Of a stretch of DNA of 13,645 nucleotides, positions 8,045-13,645 are shown one piece after another. A program made the position numbers and the translations under genes. Within the stretch, counting starts at the first letter, position 1, and each line of letters opens with the position of its first letter. The notes beneath the pieces are model-generated. The model saw only the letters and a program-made list of their open reading frames with translations. It was not told where the DNA came from and made no database searches. Location: IMG/VR virus record IMGVR_UViG_2541047884_000005. One strand, written 5' to 3'. Source of the DNA: a virus (Duplodnaviria; Heunggongvirae; Uroviricota; Caudoviricetes).

Positions 8045-8343
8045 ATGACAGTAGTCATTACATATCTGGCTGACGATAACGCCAGAAATCGCCGCAGAGC
8101 ACGCAGACAGGCTCAACGTGAACAGGCGATGCAAGACAGCGACTGGCGCGAAAAATTGCGCTAAAGCTCTCTGGTTGCGTCAGAGCGGATAAAGCAGCAT
8201 CACTCGGAATCCTTCGCTGCAAGAAGGCAGATGAAGTCGAGAGTAAACAGAATCGTATTTACTACCGCAAGCCACGCAGTGAAATGGGTGTGACTTGTGT
8301 TGGTCGCCAGAAAATGAAATTAGGCAGCAAACCACTTATTTGA
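8045..8343 (+). pseudogene. N: Antitermination protein N, interrupted by a 1-nt frameshift at an A5 run (8151-8155)
   Basis: Frame 2 from ATG 8045 (GGAGG RBS) gives MTVVITYLADDNARNRRRARRQAQREQ... (Arg-rich motif) and stops at 8162-8164. Frame 1 is open from 8122 to the TGA at 8341-8343 and ends ...RKPRSEMGVTCVGRQKMKLGSKPLI, resembling the lambda N C-terminus ...SKPGERGITCSGRQKIKGKSIPLI. Confidence 0.6.
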
Positions 8344-8351
8344 GGTGATAT

Positions 8352-8822
8352 ATGACAAAATCATGGAGCGTACCTTTTCCTGAATCAGAAACTGAACATG
8401 ATGGAATGCCTGTTTTCTGGAGATTCCAAGCGACAGTTGAAGAAGATGGAATCAAAATATTCGCACTTCAATATATAGCTTTTCATCAGACAGAGCATTA
8501 TGCATGGTTGGTTCCTGCGCATTGGATTGTTAATTTTAAACCAGCACCAAATCAGTGGTTACAGGAATGGAAACAAAGGAGAAATAGATATGCAATTAAG
8601 AAAGTAGCAAAAAATGCAGAAAGATCTTTTGCATTCCCGACGAAGAAACTTGCCATTGAAAGTTTATTGCGCCGGAAGAAATACCATTTGATGAGAATCA
8701 AACAAGATTTGGCTGTTGTATCAACTCTTGTTGATGGGATGAAGAATATTGATACATCAACACCAGGTATTGAATATAACTTTGGACACAACCAAGAAAC
8801 AGAAAACTGGGTGTTTTATTAG
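8352..8822 (+). CDS. Hypothetical 156-aa protein, low-GC gene between N and tL1-like terminator; no family recognised
   Basis: ATG at 8352 with GAGGTGA RBS, 8 nt after the N stop. Hand-counted sample 8352-8411 had 24 G+C in 60 nt versus 34 in a c2 sample (6901-6960). No transmembrane segments; basic central region. Confidence 0.75.
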   Translation: MTKSWSVPFPESETEHDGMPVFWRFQATVEEDGIKIFALQYIAFHQTEHYAWLVPAHWIVNFKPAPNQWLQEWKQRRNRYAIKKVAKNAERSFAFPTKKLAIESLLRRKKYHLMRIKQDLAVVSTLVDGMKNIDTSTPGIEYNFGHNQETENWVFY

Positions 8823-8926
8823 TACGAATAAGCACTGTGTATTCATTCCAACGAGTGAATACACGGAGCAATGTCGCTCGTAACTAAACAGGAGCCGACT
8901 TGTTCTGATTATTGGAAATCTTCTTT

Positions 8927-8951
8927 GCCCTCCAGTGTGAGGGCTTTTTTA
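8927..8951 (+). terminator. Rho-independent terminator, tL1-like
   Basis: GCCCTC (8927-8932) / GAGGGC (8939-8944) stem with a 6-nt loop, then TTTTTT (8945-8950). Confidence 0.7.
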
Positions 8952-9016
8952 TATGCATACCAATAACGCTTCACTCGAGGCGTTTTCGTTATGCAATCAA
9001 ACAGAAGGAGCATCCT

Positions 9017-9187
9017 ATGCAACAGTTCGCTATTGCAGGGGCGGCATCGGTTCGCCCTTTCAACCCGATTTTATCGGTACAGCATTCACGAAAAAACATT
9101 TTAACCGGAGCAGACTTTAAACAACCAAGAATGAAAAGCTTGCTCGAAAAGCTTTGGGATATTTTGAAACAACAAGGCCGTCCATGA
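9017..9187 (+). CDS. cIII: CIII-like protein (FtsH inhibitor, protects CII)
   Basis: 56 aa. MQQFAIAGAA...KSLLEKLWDILKQQGRP resembles lambda CIII (MQYAIAGWP...ESLLERITRKLRDGWKRLIDILNQPGVP). AAGGAG RBS at 6-nt spacing. Confidence 0.75.
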   Translation: MQQFAIAGAASVRPFNPILSVQHSRKNILTGADFKQPRMKSLLEKLWDILKQQGRP

Positions 9188-9342
9188 GTTTTACGGATAA
9201 CTGGTCAGACGAAGAATTCATTCGTCAGATAAAAGAATTAATCGGTAACGAAGGAGATATTCATGTCACTTGCAACCACAGTGAAGGAGAGCAAGTTACA
9301 GAGACGCATGTACACGCAGAAAGCTCTCTGGTATCGCCATAA
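9184..9342 (+). CDS. Small hypothetical protein, 52 aa, in the position kil occupies in lambda
   Basis: ATG overlaps the cIII stop (ATGA at 9184-9187). Positional analogy only; the sequence is not recognised. Confidence 0.45.
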   Translation: MSFTDNWSDEEFIRQIKELIGNEGDIHVTCNHSEGEQVTETHVHAESSLVSP

Positions 9343-9443
9343 TGGTGACCGCGAAGGAATGCGGGTATGCCTTAATTTGTCCCGAGTCGAAGTATTAAAT
9401 CAGCGTTATTTCCTTGGGCCGTGTCCATTCTGAGAGCAATCAT

Positions 9444-10049
9444 ATGAGCAAAGAATTTTACGCAAGACTGGCAGCTATTCAGGAGAATCTGAACGCGCCA
9501 AAGAATCAGTACAACTCATTCGGAAAATATAAATACAGAAGCTGCGAAGATATTCTTGAAGGCGTTAAGCCGTTACTGAACGGTCTGTTTTTATCAATCA
9601 GCGATGAAGTTGTGTTGATTGGTGATCGGTATTACGTGAAAGCCACGGCAACTATTACCGATGGCGAAAACAGTCATACGGCAACCGCTCTTGCACGAGA
9701 GGAAGAAAGCAAGAAAGGAATGGATTCTGCACAAGTTACGGGAGCTACAAGCTCTTATGCACGCAAGTATTGCCTCAATGGTTTGTTCGGCATTGATGAT
9801 GCGAAAGATGCAGATACAGACGAGCATAAACATCAGCAGAACGCAGCAGCAAAGCAATCAAAACCATCACTTACACCTGAACAGGTTCTAAAAGCATTCA
9901 CTGACGCAGCAATGCAGAAAAACACCGTAGAAGAGCTTAAACAGGCGTTCGCCAAAGCGTGGAAGATGCTCGAAGGGACGCCGGAGCAGCACAAAGCGCA
10001 GGACGTTTACAACATCAGACGAGACGAATTAGAAGGGGCAACTGCTTAA
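9444..10049 (+). CDS. erf: Erf, essential recombination function protein (single-strand annealing)
   Basis: MSKEFYARLAAIQENLNAPKNQYNSFGKYKYRSCEDILEGVKPLL... matches remembered P22 Erf. The ORF-track start at 9414 is an upstream alternative; ATG 9444 is preferred. Confidence 0.9.
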   Translation: MSKEFYARLAAIQENLNAPKNQYNSFGKYKYRSCEDILEGVKPLLNGLFLSISDEVVLIGDRYYVKATATITDGENSHTATALAREEESKKGMDSAQVTGATSSYARKYCLNGLFGIDDAKDADTDEHKHQQNAAAKQSKPSLTPEQVLKAFTDAAMQKNTVEELKQAFAKAWKMLEGTPEQHKAQDVYNIRRDELEGATA

Positions 10050-10432
10050 TGGCACATTCGATTACAGTAAGACTAAACAAACCCGCAAGAGAGTTTCAGG
10101 GCGGGGAAAATATCGGATTCAACATCCGTGCTGGCGTTCAGTATTACGATCGCCAGACAAAAAAGAAAGAATGGACAAACTACAGCGCCGTTGTATTTGC
10201 CAAGCCGGGAGCGCAAGCGGATTACTATCGTAGCGTTCTGGTTGAAGGAGGCATTGTAGAAATTACCGGAGAAAACATCAGGGTTGATGTTTATCAGGGG
10301 CAAAATGGTCAATCAATCACTCTTGAATTACTGAATGCAAAGATTGGATTTGCAACTTCAGGAAACAGCCAACAGCAGCAAAGTAGCAATCATCAAAATA
10401 ATCCTGAATACGACGATTCCATCCCATTCTGA
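10049..10432 (+). CDS. Single-stranded DNA-binding protein-like, 127 aa
   Basis: ATG overlaps the erf stop (TAATG). Gln-rich linker and acidic C-terminal tip ...PEYDDSIPF, resembling the SSB ...DDDIPF tail. Confidence 0.55.
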   Translation: MAHSITVRLNKPAREFQGGENIGFNIRAGVQYYDRQTKKKEWTNYSAVVFAKPGAQADYYRSVLVEGGIVEITGENIRVDVYQGQNGQSITLELLNAKIGFATSGNSQQQQSSNHQNNPEYDDSIPF

Positions 10433-10455
10433 TTTAGAAAAATAAGGATTTAATT

Positions 10456-10752
10456 ATGCCAGCGCCTTTGTATGGTGCGGATGACCCGCGCCGCTGTTCC
10501 GGCAATTCCGTATCGGAGGTGCTGGATAAATTCAGAAAAAACTACGATCGAATAATGTCTCTACCGCAGGAAACGAAAGAGGAAAAGGAATTTCGCCACT
10601 GTATATGGCTTGCAGAGAAAGAAGAACGCGAGCGAATTTACCAGACATCAATCCGACCATTCCGCAAAGCCACATATACCCACTTCCCTGAATATATCGA
10701 CCCGCGCCTGCGTAATTACCGCTCACGCTATGGCGCTATCAGTAATGACTGA
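10456..10752 (+). CDS. Hypothetical 98-aa early protein (abc-position gene; identity unverified)
   Basis: AAGGA RBS then ATG at 10456. Sits after erf/ssb where P22 carries abc genes, but the sequence is not recognised. Confidence 0.6.
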   Translation: MPAPLYGADDPRRCSGNSVSEVLDKFRKNYDRIMSLPQETKEEKEFRHCIWLAEKEERERIYQTSIRPFRKATYTHFPEYIDPRLRNYRSRYGAISND

Positions 10753-10846
10753 GGAATTTACCATGAGAGGACTTGCTTAAGAGAAAGAGTTTCGGTTCTG
10801 TTAATGACAACAAATATCTGAATGCGATGTGGCGGAGTGGGAAGAA

Positions 10847-11365
10847 ATGAAACAAATGTCACTAATTGAGATGGATGGTTTTCTGAAAGGTAAATGCATC
10901 CCAAGTGATTTAAAGGTTAACGAAACAAACGCTGAATACCTTGTCCGTAAGTTCGGTGAACTTGAATCAAAACTGGAAACGGCGTTGCGGGAGTGTAGTT
11001 CTGCTGGAATCACGATTGATAACCTTGAGGCTAAATGCGCGAAGATGGCTGCTGAAAATACCTCACTTAAGCAATCTGAGAAGGAATTTAATGACTTTTG
11101 TCGTGAGGAGTTTAGCGAATGGGAAGATGATGTTACTGAAACCCCAGCCACCGATGCTTTTCTGGCTGAAGTGCGGGCGCAGGGGGTGGATGCTGCTATA
11201 GAAGCTGCAAAAAATCTGGTGGCCCAAGAATATGAGTATAAGGATTTCAAAGCGGCGCAGAGTGATTGCTGTATGCACCCTGGTTCAGACCTGGTAGGGA
11301 AGGTTGAAATGACTGAGTGGTTAGTTGACTTTGCTGCCCAGCTTCGCAAAGGAGGCAACCAGTGA
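10847..11365 (+). CDS. Hypothetical acidic coiled-coil-like protein, about 172 aa; start ambiguous (GTG 10829, ATG 10847 or 10856)
   Basis: Long ORF in the PL operon direction; the downstream gene's RBS overlaps its 3' end. Confidence 0.6.
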   Translation: MKQMSLIEMDGFLKGKCIPSDLKVNETNAEYLVRKFGELESKLETALRECSSAGITIDNLEAKCAKMAAENTSLKQSEKEFNDFCREEFSEWEDDVTETPATDAFLAEVRAQGVDAAIEAAKNLVAQEYEYKDFKAAQSDCCMHPGSDLVGKVEMTEWLVDFAAQLRKGGNQ

Positions 11366-11661
11366 CTGTATGTCTTATTGATAAACGTCGACGTGGGCAA
11401 CAAATACCATCTGTTGAAATGCCGAATCACACATGGTTTTGCGTACTTGATATCGATGGTATGGATACGTTGGTTGACACTCGTCATTACTGCGATACCG
11501 CAACAGCTACTCCGGCGAAAGCAAAGAAAATGGCTGCTCTGATAGAAAACTGGACTCCACCTGATGGTTGGTGCAATGGGAATGATCGAGATTGGCACGA
11601 AAAAATGAAGGGCTATATCTGCGATTTTTTACGTAAATGCAACGGCTTCAGGGGGATGTGA
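11362..11661 (+). CDS. Hypothetical Cys-rich 99-aa protein
   Basis: GTG start with AAAGGAGG (11348-11355) at 6-nt spacing, overlapping the upstream stop. Confidence 0.55.
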   Translation: MTVCLIDKRRRGQQIPSVEMPNHTWFCVLDIDGMDTLVDTRHYCDTATATPAKAKKMAALIENWTPPDGWCNGNDRDWHEKMKGYICDFLRKCNGFRGM

Positions 11662-11662
11662 T

Positions 11663-12235
11663 ATGACCAAAATTAACTATCAGGCACTGCGTGAGGCGGC
11701 AGAACGTGCAATTCCGGCAATGGAACGCCTGTTAATGTTGCCAGTTGATGATGATTTGTTAAGTGAACAGGAACTTAAGGATTACGGTGTGGATATTGAT
11801 GCGCTCAACGCCTTCAAATTTCTGACCGGACCAGAAACCGTGCTGGCGCTGCTGGATGAACGGGAAAGAAACCAGCAATACATCAAACGCCGCGACCAGG
11901 AGAACGAGGAAATTGCGCTAACGGTAGGGAAGCTGCGCGTTGAGCTGGAAGCTGCAGAGAAGCGCATTGCAGAACTGGAAGCCGAACCTGTAAGCCAAAC
12001 TTACAAGTTGAACGAGCTGTCGGGCAACTATCCGGTAACTCCGGATGGTTGGATAAGCTGTAGTGAGCGAATGCCCGCTCAAGATGATTGGATTTTAATT
12101 TATTCAAAGCACGGCGAGTATATGGCAGGACAGGTACAAGGGGAATACGTGGAGTTGAGCGACGGCACTTTATCGTGGTTAGGGAACGCCTTGTACTGGA
12201 TGCCTCTACCGGAACCGCCGCAGGAGGTTAATTGA
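11663..12235 (+). CDS. Ead/Ea22-like prophage protein with C-terminal DUF551-type motif
   Basis: C-terminus ...PDGWISCSERMP...YWMPLPEPP matches the remembered DUF551 signature common in enterobacterial prophage early-left regions. Confidence 0.7.
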   Translation: MTKINYQALREAAERAIPAMERLLMLPVDDDLLSEQELKDYGVDIDALNAFKFLTGPETVLALLDERERNQQYIKRRDQENEEIALTVGKLRVELEAAEKRIAELEAEPVSQTYKLNELSGNYPVTPDGWISCSERMPAQDDWILIYSKHGEYMAGQVQGEYVELSDGTLSWLGNALYWMPLPEPPQEVN

Positions 12236-12519
12236 TGGTCTCCTTCGCGAAATATACGATTATTGACTGGATAGCATTCATTCAGGTTTTGCTCATCTGG
12301 TTTTATATGGCTTACAGGAGTGGACAGTGGATTGTCAGTGTAGCCTGTAGCAATGGATGGCGTTGGTGGAACCGAAAGAATAAAAAAGCGCTGGCCTTGG
12401 CTTCGTTTTACGAAGCATTCAATCTTAACAGTCTTCAGCCTGGTTTTGTCGTTGTAGTCACCACTCAAAGCGGCATGACGATACAAATTCACAAGCCAAA
12501 GGAGGAAGGTCGTGGCTAA
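12235..12519 (+). CDS. Small hypothetical protein with hydrophobic Trp-rich N-terminal segment, 94 aa
   Basis: AGGAGG (12223-12228) then ATG 12235, overlapping the upstream stop (TGATG). Confidence 0.5.
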   Translation: MVSFAKYTIIDWIAFIQVLLIWFYMAYRSGQWIVSVACSNGWRWWNRKNKKALALASFYEAFNLNSLQPGFVVVVTTQSGMTIQIHKPKEEGRG

Positions 12520-12796
12520 CCTGCAACTTGCCGTTAAAGGTGAATACTTCGATGCCATGATTCGCGGAGAGAAAACGGAAGAGTATCGCCTGTGTAATGA
12601 CTACTGGAATAAGCGAATTATGTTCCGCGAGTATGACCGCCTGATTATCACAAAGGGATATCCGAAGCGCGACGATTCCAGCCGCAGAATTGACGTCCCG
12701 TATGACGGATATGAAATCAAGACAATCACACATCCGCACTTCGGCGATAAACCGGTAAAGGTGTTCGCTATAAAGGTGAATATCGACAATGAATGA
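12512..12796 (+). CDS. ASCH-domain-like small protein
   Basis: GTG start with AAAGGAGG (12498-12505). IRGEKTEEYR fits the GxKxxExR motif of ASCH domains. Confidence 0.55.
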   Translation: MANLQLAVKGEYFDAMIRGEKTEEYRLCNDYWNKRIMFREYDRLIITKGYPKRDDSSRRIDVPYDGYEIKTITHPHFGDKPVKVFAIKVNIDNE

Positions 12797-12868
12797 TAAT
12801 CCTCGCACTCGCGGGGATTTCTTTTATCTGAACTCGCTACGGCGGGTTTTGTTTTATGGAGATGATAA

Positions 12869-13036
12869 ATGCACTTCCGAGTCACAGGTGAATGGAATGG
12901 AGAGCCATTCAACAGAGTTATCGAAGCAGAGAACATCAACGACTGCTATGACCACTGGATGCTGTGGGCGCAGATAGCACATGCAGACGTAACTAATATT
13001 CGAATTGAAGAACTGAAAGAACACCAAGCCGCCTGA
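12869..13036 (+). CDS. Small hypothetical protein, 55 aa (MHFRVTGEWNGEPF...)
   Basis: GGAGATGA RBS then ATG 12869; ends in a stop that overlaps the 13028-13050 terminator. Preferred over the overlapping 12789-12977 ORF, which has no RBS. Confidence 0.5.
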   Translation: MHFRVTGEWNGEPFNRVIEAENINDCYDHWMLWAQIAHADVTNIRIEELKEHQAA

Positions 13037-13050
13037 TGGCGGTTTTTTAT
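13028..13050 (+). terminator. Rho-independent terminator
   Basis: CCGCC (13029-13033) / GGCGG (13038-13042) stem with TGAT loop, then TTTTTT (13043-13048). Confidence 0.6.
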
Positions 13051-13093
13051 TGCCTGATTTGCAGGTTCGATTCCCTATTCGGAGATAGCACTC

Positions 13094-13294
13094 ATGCAAC
13101 ACGAACTACAACCTGATTCACTGGTTGATTTGAAATTCATCATGGCCGATACTGGCTTCGGTAAAACCTTCATCTATGACCGGATTAAGTCCGGCGACCT
13201 GCCAAAAGCCAAAGTTATCCACGGGCGAGCAAGATGGTTATATCGTGACCATTGTGAATTCAAAAATAAGCTCTTAAGCCGCGCCAATGGGTAA
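13094..13294 (+). CDS. AlpA/Xis-family small DNA-binding protein (excisionase-like)
   Basis: 66 aa. ...LVDLKFIMADTGFGKTFIYDRIKSGDLPKAKVIHGRARWLYRD... follows the AlpA/excisionase HTH pattern, in the position of xis at the end of the PL operon. Confidence 0.65.
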   Translation: MQHELQPDSLVDLKFIMADTGFGKTFIYDRIKSGDLPKAKVIHGRARWLYRDHCEFKNKLLSRANG

Positions 13295-13484
13295 AATAGC
13301 GGGTAAAATATTTCTCACATCTAAAAAACACCATTCCAATCAATCCCCTGCCGCCTCAAGTAGATGTCTGCAGGGGACACCATTCTTGTGTTTATCCCTA
13401 AAACCACGTAAAAACCGTAAATTATTAAATTCGCACTAGCAATGCCGAATAAGGCACACCAGGAACTCGTGGTCTTATTCATTA

Positions 13485-13645
13485 TGAAGTGGTTTTTACC
13501 TGTTCTCTTAACCAGGTAATAAATGCCTCAATTTTTGGCCACTGCCTGCCCGGTAATGTAGTGATGTAATAATGCTGATGGCATTTCACCGTCATATCGC
13601 CAAACGGCGCGACGAGCTCACCACTGGCAAGCCTTTTTTGTACCA
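13485..13645 (-). CDS. 3' end of a convergent gene running off the window; LysR-type regulator-like C-terminus, probably chromosomal
   Basis: Minus-strand frame open from the window edge to a TAA at 13482-13484: ...GELVAPFGDMTVKCHQHYYITTLPGRQWPKIEAFITWLREQVKTTS. C-terminal pattern resembles LysR substrate-binding domain ends. Confidence 0.4.

Larger units (their letters stand above)
93..13320. mobile_element. Defective P22-like lambdoid prophage remnant, interrupted by IS629 and lacking replication, lysis, head and integrase modules
   Basis: Co-occurrence of P22-type cro, c2 repressor, ANTNAAG-N4-CTTNANT operators, N, cIII, erf, xis-like and ejection-protein-like genes. No cII/O/P/Q/terminase/int ORFs anywhere in the window. 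Confidence 0.75.

Noticed and set aside
10801-11598. 265-aa minus-strand ORF, the longest unassigned ORF in the track
   Set aside because: Runs antisense across three plus-strand genes that have strong RBSs and coupled starts; Ser/Cys/Ile-rich, low-complexity composition typical of an antisense frame; no RBS.
12789-12977. 62-aa plus-strand ORF starting inside the ASCH-like gene
   Set aside because: No RBS and the start is embedded in the upstream coding sequence. The alternative frame 12869-13036 has an RBS and ends at a terminator, so that one was annotated instead.
1-13645. CRISPR arrays, tRNA or rRNA genes
   Set aside because: No regularly spaced direct repeats and no cloverleaf-like or rRNA-like segments were seen on either strand. 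The only tandem repeats are the two GGGTAAAATA copies at 13289-13310.

Overview
This window is a degraded P22-like lambdoid prophage remnant disrupted by IS629-type (IS3 family) elements, most likely in an Escherichia/Shigella chromosome. All family calls come from reading the translated ORFs against remembered signatures; no database search was run. A complete IS629-like copy (5257-6566) and an identical, window-truncated copy end (1-92) lie in direct orientation. Between them sit two translationally coupled virion ejection-protein-like genes (the upstream one decapitated by the IS) and a low-GC accessory cassette: a small membrane protein gene divergent from a coupled 188-aa/149-aa pair with its own terminator. 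Right of the IS is a P22-type immunity region (cro, three OR operators, c2 repressor, OL/PL, nutL), followed by an N gene split by a 1-nt frameshift at an A5 run, a low-GC 156-aa gene wedged between N and a tL1-like terminator, cIII, erf, an SSB-like gene, several small early-left genes and an AlpA/Xis-family gene. The window ends in what looks like the 3' end of a convergent chromosomal LysR-like gene, with no integrase in between. The IS629 junction falls inside the nutR boxB hairpin just downstream of cro, so the whole cII-to-morphogenesis block is absent. The best candidates for undescribed function are the 352-1929 cassette and the 8352-8822 gene.
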